Below are positions 55,506 through 64,000 of a stretch of DNA of 64,000 nucleotides, piece after piece (the stretch's first letter is position 1; each line of letters opens with the position of its first letter). The notes below the pieces were generated by a model. The model was not told the DNA's origin, made no database searches, and worked only from the letters and a program-made list of their open reading frames with translations. This DNA comes from a virus. A program made the position numbers and the translations under genes. The DNA is taken from the IMG/VR virus record IMGVR_UViG_3300042203_000045; one strand, 5' to 3'.

Positions 55506-56769
55506 ACACCGGCCTGTACCAGACCTGCACGGTTACACTGCGCGTCGGAACGTAATTGCCATCTTCGTCAAAGAGGATGTAAATGCGCTGCGTCCTGCCA
55601 GGGAAGATGCGCAGCGGGTCGCCTGGCGCCCGCACGATAGGATAGCGGCTGGTGCTGCTCACCATGTACGCGCCGCCGTCGATGCCGTTGTCTTCGATGG
55701 CCGCAAACGCCGGTGCGGAGAACCCGGTCTGCTCCATGCGCCGGTAACTGTCCGTCGGCATGAGCATCACAAAATCGAGCACACCGGAGCCAGCCAGGGA
55801 CGAACGCACGGTCAGCGCCAGGGCCGCGGCGGAGTTCGCCACGCCGTACCCGCCTGGAGGGATGGGGAACTCACCCAGGTCAATCAGGTCGCGCGTCCCC
55901 GCCCGCTCTTGCCCCAGGATGGTTGGCACGTAGACGCCGCCCACGTAGGAGCCGACGGCGCAGCGCAGGTTAGCCGTGTCGGTCAGGTTGTCGAAGGCGG
56001 CGATCACGCGGAACGTCTTGCCCGCCGCCTGCGCCAGTAGCGCAGCCGACAGCGGGAACAGCCAGCGCAGCGTGTTGTGGTCAGAGCCTGCCAGCCAGGA
56101 CGCCGAACCGCCGCCCGTAGCGTCGCTGTCCAGCAGCCACAGGTCAGCGTTAGTCGGGTCGCTGTAGGCGTTAACGCCCATGTGGAAGGCGCGCCAGGCC
56201 AGCGTAACCCCGGACGTGTTGGTGATGCGCAGGCGCACCGGGGCCGGTCGCGTGCCCGCCACATTCGCCGCCGCGATCCCGATCCAGTTCGTGTTCGACC
56301 CTGCGTTGTCGCCATTCACGATGCCCACGCCGCCCGTGCGCTCAGCGTTGGGCGTGCTCGAAATGGCAATCTCGACCTCCGGCCCCTGCCAGGTGGGCAG
56401 GCGCTCGATAGTCACCACCGCGCGCACGGTGCTAACGACGTTGTACAGGCTGCGCTCGGCGGGAACCTGCGACCAGTTGACGAAGCCATCAAAGACCTCG
56501 GAGCGGCGAATCTCCCCGCTGTCGGTGGGTCGAAACTCCACATACACCACCGCCCCCCGCTCGCGCCCCTTCCGTGCGCCGCGCAGCATCAGGTCGATTG
56601 CGTTCAGCGCCGCCCGCACCGCCGTCTCCGTCCCCTCGACGATAACCGGGAACGCCTCGGTGATGTGATCGTCGCCCGCCGCACTCTGCGGGAAGTAGGT
56701 CGCGCCGATGTACGCCCCGGCGCCGGACAGGGTGAGCGTTGTCGTTCCGTTCGTCAGCCGCAAGAGCAT
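55492..56769 (-). CDS. Distal tail (Dit-like) protein
   Basis: After TMP; G..PAP.RL.I and PG......V.Y.P.Y C-terminus. Confidence 0.7.
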   Translation of the reverse strand: MLLRLTNGTTTLTLSGAGAYIGATYFPQSAAGDDHITEAFPVIVEGTETAVRAALNAIDLMLRGARKGRERGAVVYVEFRPTDSGEIRRSEVFDGFVNWSQVPAERSLYNVVSTVRAVVTIERLPTWQGPEVEIAISSTPNAERTGGVGIVNGDNAGSNTNWIGIAAANVAGTRPAPVRLRITNTSGVTLAWRAFHMGVNAYSDPTNADLWLLDSDATGGGSASWLAGSDHNTLRWLFPLSAALLAQAAGKTFRVIAAFDNLTDTANLRCAVGSYVGGVYVPTILGQERAGTRDLIDLGEFPIPPGGYGVANSAAALALTVRSSLAGSGVLDFVMLMPTDSYRRMEQTGFSAPAFAAIEDNGIDGGAYMVSSTSRYPIVRAPGDPLRIFPGRTQRIYILFDEDGNYVPTRSVTVQVWYRPVYDNV

Positions 56770-59700
56770 TTAGACGCCCTCCATTACCAGTTGGTCGCGC
56801 AGCAGCGTAGCCAGCCGCCGCGCATCCATCGGGCTATTGACTGTCACACCGCCCAGGTTGATGTTGATGGCCCGTTTGCCGCTGGTGGGCAGGTTGTTTG
56901 TCTGCCCGGCGGTGTAGACTCGCGACCCGGCAGGCAGCACGATCTGCTCGTAGCCCCGTTCGTTGATGGCCGTCAGCCCGCCAGGGAAGTAGGACGCGCC
57001 GCCCGCAGTGCCGTCCTCCGTCGCAGCCGGCGCAGGCTGTCCACCGCCCGTCACCCCCGTCACCACGCCCGCCCCGAACTCTCCCAGCGCGTTGCGCACG
57101 GCGTCTGCCGCGGCAGCCAGGGCGGCGAACGGGTTCGGCAGTTGCAGGCTGCTCAAGAAATCCTTAAATTCGTCAATGACCGTCGTCAGCGAGCCAACCA
57201 GGTCAATCACTGGTTGGATGTACGTCAGCACCTTGGCCCAGACATCCTCAAACGTTTTGCGGATGCGCTCCAGCGTCGGCGTAATGTCCACGCCCAAGGT
57301 GGAAAACGTGTTCAGAATCGGTTCAACCATGTTGCGCGCCGCCGCACCCATGAAGGTGCCCAGCCGGCTGAACAGGCCGCGGAAGAACGTCCCGAACGCG
57401 GTGACGATGCCCTTGCCGCTCTCCCAAGCCGCCGCCCAATCGCCCGCAAAGATGGCCGACACACCCGCTACGACCTCCGTCAGCACGGCGGCAATCAGCC
57501 GGATGATAGCCGTCACCTGGTCGATAATCGGCCCAAGCAACTCAGGCAGCGAATCAAACGCAGTCGATAATCGCTCAATTCCAAAATTCATCGCCAGCGC
57601 CAGGCCGGCGCCCACCGCAAACAGGAACGGCTGGAGGGCCGTCAACAACTCTCCAAACGCCGAACCCAACGCCTCCAACTTGGGCAGCAGCGGCGCCAGG
57701 CTGGTTGGCAGGTTGGCGAACGTCGCTTGCAGCCGGCTCAGCGCCGGGGCGAAAAAGGCCGCAACCGGCGCCAGCGCCGCCGCCGTCTGCGCGCCGAACG
57801 TCGCCATTGCCCCCTGCGTCTCGGTCAGTGCAGCCGGCAGCCCGGTCACGGCCCGGCGCAGGTTGTCAAGCTTGCCCGCGGCGTCCTCAAAGCCCAGGCC
57901 GCGCAGCCCGCCCGCCACCGCCGTCTCCAGCCCGGCGAACGCATTGCCCGCCGTCGTCAGCGCCCCCTGCCAGTCAATCCCCTGGATGGCCGTCGCCACG
58001 TTGGTTCGCAGCGCCGCCAGCCAGTCACCCGCCGCCGCTATCGCGTTCGCCCACGGGATGCGCGCCAGCGCGCCCGTCACGTTGCCCCACAGGTTGGCGA
58101 GATAATCGCCCGCCTGCATCAGCAGCCCGCCCCAATTGATGGTCGTGATCCTGTTGACGATGCCCGTCCGCAAGCCAGCCAGCCAGTCGCCAACGGTCGC
58201 CAGCGCCGCCGCCCACGGGATGCGCCCAAGCGCCGCCGTCACGTTGCCCCATAAGCCCGCCAGGAAATCGCCCGCCGCGGCCAGCGCCTCAGCCCAGGGC
58301 ACAGACTGAATGGCAGACACGACGCCCGTCTTCAGCCCGTCCAGCCAGTCGGCAGCCGTCGCCAGTGCGCCCGCCCAATCGATACCCTTCAGCGCCGCGA
58401 CCATGCCATCCTTGAGGCCATTCAACCCCGCCGCCGCACTCGCCAGCAGCCCGCCCCAATCGACAGCCTGGATGGACTGGACAAACGCATCGAAGTTCCC
58501 CGTCTGCACCAGCCCGCCGAACGCCGCCACAAGCTGCCCAAGCGCCATCACCGCCGGCTGAATGGGAGTGGGCAGGTGCGTCAACCAGTCGTTGAGGTAG
58601 TCCCCATCTTCCGACACCGCACCCAGGTACTTGCCGAACGAACGCAGCCCATCCGCCACACCGTCGAAATCTATCCCAGTGACAGATTCAGCCATATCCT
58701 TGAGCGTGCCCGCAAACGCCGCAGCCCGCCCCTGGATGCCGCCGACATTCTGCTGCCACAGGACAAAACCCGCCGCCAGCGCCGCCACGCCCGCAACCAA
58801 CAGGCCGACCGGCGACAGCAGGAAGCCCACCGCGCCCGCAATGCCGGAGATCGCCAGCATCAGCGGCCCGGCGGCAGCCAACACCGCAGCGAACGCAATC
58901 GCCGCGTCCAGCACCGGGCGCGGCAGGTTGCCGATAGCGCTGATGCCATCCGCCACGATGCGCACGACGCCGCTCATGCCATCCAGGAAGGGCAGGGCCG
59001 CCGTGATAAGGAACGAATCAATCGACCCCTTCAGATACTCGACCGCCCCGCGCATCCCCTTCATGCGTGCGCCGGCAGTCGCAGAGGCCGCGCCAGAAAC
59101 GCCGACTGCCGCCGCCATTTCTTCCCAGCCCTCTGTACCCTCCGCCATAAGCACCGAGATGGAGCGGATCGCGTCGGCCCCAAAAATCGTAGCGAGCGCT
59201 TGTTGACGCTCTTCTTCGGTGAGTTGTTTCATCACCGTTGATGTGGTTCCGCCGATGCTTGCCAGTTGCGCATATTCCGCCTGCGCGGCGGTCAGCACTC
59301 TATTTAACCTGTCCTGCGCTACCACCTTGTCGTTTTCGGACTGCGCCACGCCGGCAATCCCCGCCGCGTAGTCCGCCAACTGGCGCTGCGTCTTCGAGAT
59401 CGTGCCTTCCAGGTACTCCATACGTTCGGCTTGTTCGGCGGTCAGGTTTGACGATGTAACCGTGACGGCGTTGGTTCCCGTTAACGCCTGTTCGAGGTCT
59501 GCCAGAATCACCGGAAAATCGAGCATGTTCCCTTGGGCGTCGTACACGTTGACGCCCAAGGAAGCCAGCGCCGCCGCCGCCTCGTCAGTTGGTGCGGTCA
59601 GTCTCATCAGCGCCGTTTTGAGGCTGGTGCCGGCGTCGCTGCCGGTAATGCCATTATTGCCAAGCAACGCCATTGCGATATTCAGGTTATCCAGGCTCTG

Positions 59701-60276
59701 CCCTGTAGACGAAAACACAGCGCCGGCCATCGTCATGCCGCTTGCAAGATCGGTGATGTCTACACTGGATGCGTTCGCCGCCGCCGCCAGCATGTTAGCG
59801 ACTTCGGTCGTGGCCGATGCGTCAAGCCCAAACGTGTTGACGGCGTTGGCGGCAATTGACGCAGATTGCGCTAACCCAAGGTTCCCCGCCGCCGCCATAT
59901 CCAGCACGCCAGGCAAGGCCGCCATTACTTCGGCGGGCTTCATACCCGCCTTGGCAAGTTCCAACTGCGCCTGCGCCGCCTCGCCAGCAGAGAACGACGT
60001 GACAGCGCCCATCTCTAGCGCCTGCGCCTGGAGGCTTGCCATCTCCCCAGCCGTAGCGGCGGACACCTGCGCCATGACGTTCATGCTCTGCTCAAACTCG
60101 CCGGCGCTGTTGACCGCCGCCACGCCCACGCCAACCAGCGGCAGCGTCACCGCCGCCGACATCGCCGCCCCCGCGCTACGCAGAGAGGACGCCAGGGAGT
60201 TAACGGATTGAGTAGCGCCGTCGGTGCCGATCTGAATCTCGCCGTAGGCGCTTCCCAGGTTTACGCCGTCAGCCAT
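56770..60276 (-). CDS. Tape measure protein
   Basis: TP901-type core (FEQSM, FSAGEAA, G..AGT.LK, IFG.DA); Trp-periodic repeats. Confidence 0.95.
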   Translation of the reverse strand: MADGVNLGSAYGEIQIGTDGATQSVNSLASSLRSAGAAMSAAVTLPLVGVGVAAVNSAGEFEQSMNVMAQVSAATAGEMASLQAQALEMGAVTSFSAGEAAQAQLELAKAGMKPAEVMAALPGVLDMAAAGNLGLAQSASIAANAVNTFGLDASATTEVANMLAAAANASSVDITDLASGMTMAGAVFSSTGQSLDNLNIAMALLGNNGITGSDAGTSLKTALMRLTAPTDEAAAALASLGVNVYDAQGNMLDFPVILADLEQALTGTNAVTVTSSNLTAEQAERMEYLEGTISKTQRQLADYAAGIAGVAQSENDKVVAQDRLNRVLTAAQAEYAQLASIGGTTSTVMKQLTEEERQQALATIFGADAIRSISVLMAEGTEGWEEMAAAVGVSGAASATAGARMKGMRGAVEYLKGSIDSFLITAALPFLDGMSGVVRIVADGISAIGNLPRPVLDAAIAFAAVLAAAGPLMLAISGIAGAVGFLLSPVGLLVAGVAALAAGFVLWQQNVGGIQGRAAAFAGTLKDMAESVTGIDFDGVADGLRSFGKYLGAVSEDGDYLNDWLTHLPTPIQPAVMALGQLVAAFGGLVQTGNFDAFVQSIQAVDWGGLLASAAAGLNGLKDGMVAALKGIDWAGALATAADWLDGLKTGVVSAIQSVPWAEALAAAGDFLAGLWGNVTAALGRIPWAAALATVGDWLAGLRTGIVNRITTINWGGLLMQAGDYLANLWGNVTGALARIPWANAIAAAGDWLAALRTNVATAIQGIDWQGALTTAGNAFAGLETAVAGGLRGLGFEDAAGKLDNLRRAVTGLPAALTETQGAMATFGAQTAAALAPVAAFFAPALSRLQATFANLPTSLAPLLPKLEALGSAFGELLTALQPFLFAVGAGLALAMNFGIERLSTAFDSLPELLGPIIDQVTAIIRLIAAVLTEVVAGVSAIFAGDWAAAWESGKGIVTAFGTFFRGLFSRLGTFMGAAARNMVEPILNTFSTLGVDITPTLERIRKTFEDVWAKVLTYIQPVIDLVGSLTTVIDEFKDFLSSLQLPNPFAALAAAADAVRNALGEFGAGVVTGVTGGGQPAPAATEDGTAGGASYFPGGLTAINERGYEQIVLPAGSRVYTAGQTNNLPTSGKRAININLGGVTVNSPMDARRLATLLRDQLVMEGV

Positions 60277-60285
60277 CGCCGCCCC

Positions 60286-60600
60286 CTATTCCTCATCCCA
60301 CGTACCGTCCTCTCGCACCCTCACCTTGCGCAAGCCCTCTGCGCTCACCGACCTGAAGCGCCCGGCGTCTGCGTTTTCTGCGCCGTCTGTGCTCAGCAGG
60401 CCCTCCAGTGTGTGTTTGGGCTTGCCCGCCTTGTCTCGCTCGGCAAGCTTGCCCTCCACCCACGCCCCGAACTGGCCCACCGCCATGTCGAACTGGTAGG
60501 CCGCCCAGGGGTCGTCAAGCCCGATGACCGCGCTGGGCAGGCGGCTGTACGTCACCGACAGCGAATGGAGATTCCACATCTGCACCTTGTTCCGCACGAA
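60286..60600 (-). CDS. Tail assembly chaperone, frameshifted C-terminal part (gpT-like)
   Basis: Overlaps the upstream chaperone in the +1 frame, directly before TMP. Confidence 0.7.
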   Translation of the reverse strand, partial: FVRNKVQMWNLHSLSVTYSRLPSAVIGLDDPWAAYQFDMAVGQFGAWVEGKLAERDKAGKPKHTLEGLLSTDGAENADAGRFRSVSAEGLRKVRVREDGTWDEE

Positions 60601-60937
60601 AAGGATGCAACGCCGCCGCCGCCTGGTTGGCCCAGTTGAAGACCGCCTGCTTATCGGCGCTGGGCAGTTCCGCCGCGGTCAGGCCGGCAGGCTCCACAAG
60701 ACAGGCGTCCGTCACCAGGTCAAGCACCGGGCCGAAATTCTCCAGGTCGGTGTATTCCAGCATGGCGTCGGGCTTGCGCTTGATCAGCTCACCCACCGGC
60801 GCCTTGAGCACCGCCGGAATCTGCCCGCGGTGCACCAGGTCAAGCAGGGCCACACGCTTCAGGCGCACGTCCAGACCGGAGGGGAGGGTGAACGCCTCCC
60901 CCTCCTGCTGCCGTGCGCGCCACTCAATCAGGTTCAT
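60515..60937 (-). CDS. Tail assembly chaperone (gpG-like)
   Basis: TLPSG..VRLKR; between tail tube and TMP. Confidence 0.75.
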   Translation of the reverse strand: MNLIEWRARQQEGEAFTLPSGLDVRLKRVALLDLVHRGQIPAVLKAPVGELIKRKPDAMLEYTDLENFGPVLDLVTDACLVEPAGLTAAELPSADKQAVFNWANQAAAALHPFRAEQGADVESPFAVGDVQPPAQRGHRA

Positions 60938-60949
60938 GGGTCGAGTCTC

Positions 60950-61474
60950 CTAGCTGGCGGGCACAGTGGTTGCCGTCTCGTTATGCACCAGTTCGGCAAT
61001 CTTCGAGCCGTTGCTGATAGCGACGCCCTCGCACGACTGGACGTAGAACTCGCCCTCCTTGAACTCGCCTTCCAGCCCGCCGGTCAGCTTGCACTTGTGC
61101 AGCAGTGCGTGCACGTCCGACAGGTCATCGTTGATGACCTTGCCGTAAATCTTGAAATACGGCATATTGTCGCCGGCGGCAATCGTCAGCGTGTTCTTCT
61201 GGTTAGGCGTCGTGCCCGTGGCGGCGATGGTGCGCCCCGTCATCACCTTGATCGCCTCAAAGCTCAACCCGCCCGCCTCCATGCTCCATTCCACCTTGTC
61301 GGTGATGGCGGCGATTGCCTGCACTGCGTCGTCGCCGCGCAGTTCACCCGAAATCAGCGACTCCTTGAAGCTCAACGTCAGCGCCGCCGGCAACACAACC
61401 GCGGTGCCAGACGGCAAGGGAACCAGCGTAATCTGGCGCAAGCCAAAGGGCTTGGTGCTGCTAGTCAAAGGCAT
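60950..61474 (-). CDS. Major tail (tube) protein
   Basis: FGL...., L.GDD, PYF.I.GK; position. Confidence 0.75.
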   Translation of the reverse strand: MPLTSSTKPFGLRQITLVPLPSGTAVVLPAALTLSFKESLISGELRGDDAVQAIAAITDKVEWSMEAGGLSFEAIKVMTGRTIAATGTTPNQKNTLTIAAGDNMPYFKIYGKVINDDLSDVHALLHKCKLTGGLEGEFKEGEFYVQSCEGVAISNGSKIAELVHNETATTVPAS

Positions 61475-61493
61475 ACTGCTCTCCTGACGGTCG

Positions 61494-62003
61494 TTACAGG
61501 GCCGTCACTGTCTCTTGTTGCACAAACTCAAAGCACAATGTCCCGTTGGACACCGCGACGCCCTTGGCGTAACTAACCCAGAACTCACCGGCGCGGAAGG
61601 TGCCCTCCAGCGCCTCGACCTTGCAGCGGTAGAGCATGGCGTACACGTCGCCCCCTTCCGCTGCGACCGCCCGCCCGCCGATGCGCAGGTAGGGGAATTG
61701 CGCCCCCGCCGCCGCACTGAGGGTTAGCGTCCTGGATGGCGCACTACCTGCGCTGGCAGCCGTCAACCCCGTCAGCTTGGCGAACGCCTCCAGGCTGATG
61801 CCGCCCGCCTCCAACTCCCACTCAGCGCCGGCCACAAACGAGGACGCGCCCACCAGCCGCCCGTCGGCCTCGAAGCGGGCGCTCTCAATCTGCGGCGCAA
61901 CGTGCAGCATCATGGCCGCCGGCAGCGCCAGCTTGCCCGTTCCGTCGGCGTTGTAGAGCGCCACCTGGCGCAGCCCGTAGGCAAAGCCGCCATATCCAGC
62001 CAT
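61494..62003 (-). CDS. Second tail-tube paralog
   Basis: Colinear similarity to 60950-61474. Confidence 0.7.
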   Translation of the reverse strand: MAGYGGFAYGLRQVALYNADGTGKLALPAAMMLHVAPQIESARFEADGRLVGASSFVAGAEWELEAGGISLEAFAKLTGLTAASAGSAPSRTLTLSAAAGAQFPYLRIGGRAVAAEGGDVYAMLYRCKVEALEGTFRAGEFWVSYAKGVAVSNGTLCFEFVQQETVTAL

Positions 62004-62004
62004 G

Positions 62005-62439
62005 TCAGCCGCCGCTCCTGTTCACCGTCGCCACGTACCGGCTCATCACCATCGGCGCGTCCAGCCCCTGCACCTCAGCGCCCAGCACGTCGCCCGCGTG
62101 GCGCACATCCCACAGCCCGCCCCCGCCCGCCAGTTGCGACCGATGCAGCACCTGGTAGGCGCGCTCGCGGGCGGCGTCAATCTCCGCGCCGCCGTGCTGC
62201 TGATACAGCCACAGCGCCACGAACAGCCGCGCTCCGTGCGCGTGCGGGCCGGCGGGCGCCTGCGACTCAGGCTTGAGAATCCCGCACGGCTTCATCTCGC
62301 CCCACTCGTCGAAGGCGTCCGGCGTCGCCTGCCGGGTGATGTCCTGGATGGCAACCCCGTCATACAGCCCGCCAGTGAGGATGGCCGTGAGCGTCGCGTC
62401 GGCCTGGAGGGCCTGGAGGATGCCGGCGAAGGCGCTCAT
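62005..62439 (-). CDS. Tail terminator-like protein
   Basis: LQADATL..IL.GG.YD; position. Confidence 0.65.
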   Translation of the reverse strand: MSAFAGILQALQADATLTAILTGGLYDGVAIQDITRQATPDAFDEWGEMKPCGILKPESQAPAGPHAHGARLFVALWLYQQHGGAEIDAARERAYQVLHRSQLAGGGGLWDVRHAGDVLGAEVQGLDAPMVMSRYVATVNRSGG

Positions 62440-62810
62440 GCGAACGCCTCGCGCAGCATTTGCATGAGGGGTTCGTAGTGGGCTTGCATGGTGCGCATGA
62501 TGACGGCGTAACGGCCACTGTTTGCCAGTTCCAGGTACACGCCGTAATCCAGCACCGCGCTATGGCTCAGGTAGATCGTCACCACCTTCGCAGCGAAGTC
62601 CGCCTCGCTTGTGCCAAACAGCCCCGTGCGAGCGTTGCCCGACCGATCCACCCAGGTGGCGTCCGCCTTGGCGTCGTTCTGCATCGCCGTCGCCGTGTAC
62701 TGCGCAATGGCCGCCACCTTAGTCAGCACCCGGTCGCCATAGCGTTCGACCGCCGTCGCCAGTTCGGAGGGAGGGCGCACCCAGCGGATGCCCGTCTGCG
62801 TCTGCGGCAT
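62436..62810 (-). CDS. HK97 gp10-like neck protein
   Basis: W.DRSGNAR.GL, YGVYLE. Confidence 0.75.
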   Translation of the reverse strand: MPQTQTGIRWVRPPSELATAVERYGDRVLTKVAAIAQYTATAMQNDAKADATWVDRSGNARTGLFGTSEADFAAKVVTIYLSHSAVLDYGVYLELANSGRYAVIMRTMQAHYEPLMQMLREAFA

Positions 62811-63136
62811 TACTGCACCCTCCTGGCCTGCGCCTGCGCACCGTGGTCGCGGTTCGGGTGGATGGCCGTCACATCGTGCAGCACGCCGCCCACCGTGAAG
62901 CGGTCGCCAGGCTGAATGTCCAAGTCCGCGTCGCCCGCCACCACCACCGGCTGGATGGCCGCACTTACGCCCGCCGCGTCAACCGTTCCCGCCTGGATGT
63001 TGCCGCCGCGGGCGACGCGCACCGTCTGCGCCGGGAGCGTCGTATTGCCCCGGCGAATGACGATGCTCACCGCCCGGTCGTCACGGATGGCCCGCAAGCC
63101 GGCGGTCATGTGCGCGCGGTCAGCGTCGGTCAGCAC
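62810..63136 (-). CDS. Head-closure / stopper protein
   Basis: DIQPGDRFTV.G; position. Confidence 0.6.
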   Translation of the reverse strand: MLTDADRAHMTAGLRAIRDDRAVSIVIRRGNTTLPAQTVRVARGGNIQAGTVDAAGVSAAIQPVVVAGDADLDIQPGDRFTVGGVLHDVTAIHPNRDHGAQAQARRVQ

Positions 63137-63137
63137 G

Positions 63138-63794
63138 CTACACCTCCACCCCGACGGCGTTCGGGTTCTGCCTGTGCTGCGACCCGTAGCCCTTCAGCGG
63201 CTTGACCGCCGCCTCGTAAGCCCTCAGCGCCGCATCCGCCTGCGCCTGGATGGCAGCCGCCACGCCGCGCTTATCCACCGACTCGTCCCCGATCTTGTAG
63301 CTCCAACCGTCTGGCGCGGCGGCGGTCGCCTGCTCACCCAAGGCCAGATGCTTGGCGTACAGCAGCGCGATGCGCGCCCCGTTCTCGCTCAGCCGGGCGT
63401 ACACCCCGCCAACCAGCGAGTACCCCGCCGCGTAGCGCAGTGTGCGCACGGCGGAGTAGGCGGGAACCGGGTCAAAGCGCAGGCTGGAGCCTTCGACGTA
63501 GTAGGCTTCCTGCCACCCGCCAGCCAGCGGAACCAACCCCGCATCGCTCACCAGGATGTTCCCCTGCACAGGCGCGCCCGCGGTCAGGTCAATCAGGTAC
63601 AGGAAGTCCGCCGGCAGGTCATAGGCCGCCACACCCGCCACAACCTGGATGGCCGCCGCCGCGACGACAGGCACGTCCAGCCCAAGCTGCGCCACGGCGT
63701 CGGTGCAAAGCTGCTCATAGTCCGCCGGCGCTCCGTCCCGTTGGGGAGCGGCCCGCTGCAAGCGGTCAGCCAGCACGAACAAGGGGACGCTCAC
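63138..63794 (-). CDS. Head-tail adaptor protein
   Basis: AGV..YDLPADF, F.P.P, YKIGDESVD. Confidence 0.6.
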   Translation of the reverse strand: MSVPLFVLADRLQRAAPQRDGAPADYEQLCTDAVAQLGLDVPVVAAAAIQVVAGVAAYDLPADFLYLIDLTAGAPVQGNILVSDAGLVPLAGGWQEAYYVEGSSLRFDPVPAYSAVRTLRYAAGYSLVGGVYARLSENGARIALLYAKHLALGEQATAAAPDGWSYKIGDESVDKRGVAAAIQAQADAALRAYEAAVKPLKGYGSQHRQNPNAVGVEV

Positions 63795-64000
63795 TTGCCC
63801 CGCCCCTTCGTCCTGACCTGCGCCGCCGCGGCGTCGGCCTCCCCGATGGAGCCGAACGCGTGCGCAGCGGAGCCGTCCATGACGATGGCCCCGGCGTGCG
63901 CCCCGCCCGCCTGGATGGCCTCGCCCGCCACGGCGAACACGTCGCCGTGTTCGGCCCGCCAGGCAGCCAGCATGGCCGGCGTCGCTTGCAGCAGTTCGCC
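63791..64000 (-). CDS. Hypothetical head-region protein (5' end outside window)
   Basis: Open frame continues to the window edge; coupled to the adaptor. Confidence 0.5.
   Translation of the reverse strand, partial: GELLQATPAMLAAWRAEHGDVFAVAGEAIQAGGAHAGAIVMDGSAAHAFGSIGEADAAAAQVRTKGRGK

Larger units (their letters stand above)
1..64000. mobile_element. Temperate siphovirus-like phage genome (circularly permuted, probably near complete)
   Basis: Packaging, head, non-contractile tail, lysogeny and replication modules all present; no host housekeeping genes; gene order continues across the window ends. Confidence 0.95.

Noticed and set aside
57900..58470. About 81-bp periodic repeats
   Set aside because: Ordinary Trp-periodic tape-measure repeats
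1..64000. tRNA or rRNA genes, and alternative genetic code
   Set aside because: None recognised by eye; core genes are intact in code 11

Overview
The window is most or all of a circularly permuted, GC-rich temperate siphovirus genome. The capsid gene ends at position 16 and the head-tail genes continue leftward from 64000. A leftward late arm encodes HNH, TerS/TerL, portal, a gpF-like protein and a fused protease-scaffold-capsid. After the wrap come head-tail connectors, two paralogous tail tubes, frameshifted tail chaperones, tape measure, Dit/hub, tail fibre, a glycoside-hydrolase fibre, a CHAT protease and a membrane protein. A leftward early arm carries SSB-like, PAPS-reductase-like, SNF2-helicase/DNA-methylase fusion and many small genes. 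The central lysogeny module has a large serine recombinase and a CI/Cro pair. The rightward replication arm has an AAA/RepA-type helicase, iteron origin, primase, dCMP deaminase, VRR-NUC and a membrane-protein cluster. A Chloroflexota-like host is my impression only. The best candidate for a new system is a membrane-anchored caspase-like CHAT protease plus a 3-TM protein at the usual lysis-cassette position, with no recognisable endolysin in the window. Other notable signals: a genome-wide 15-bp operator, a repeated stop/RBS/start junction chaining small genes, a UUU_CGU +1 frameshift, an orphan tail-fibre tip, shared attenuator-like leaders and Acb2/Tad1-like and RMF-like small proteins. All calls come from motif recognition by eye; no searches were run.
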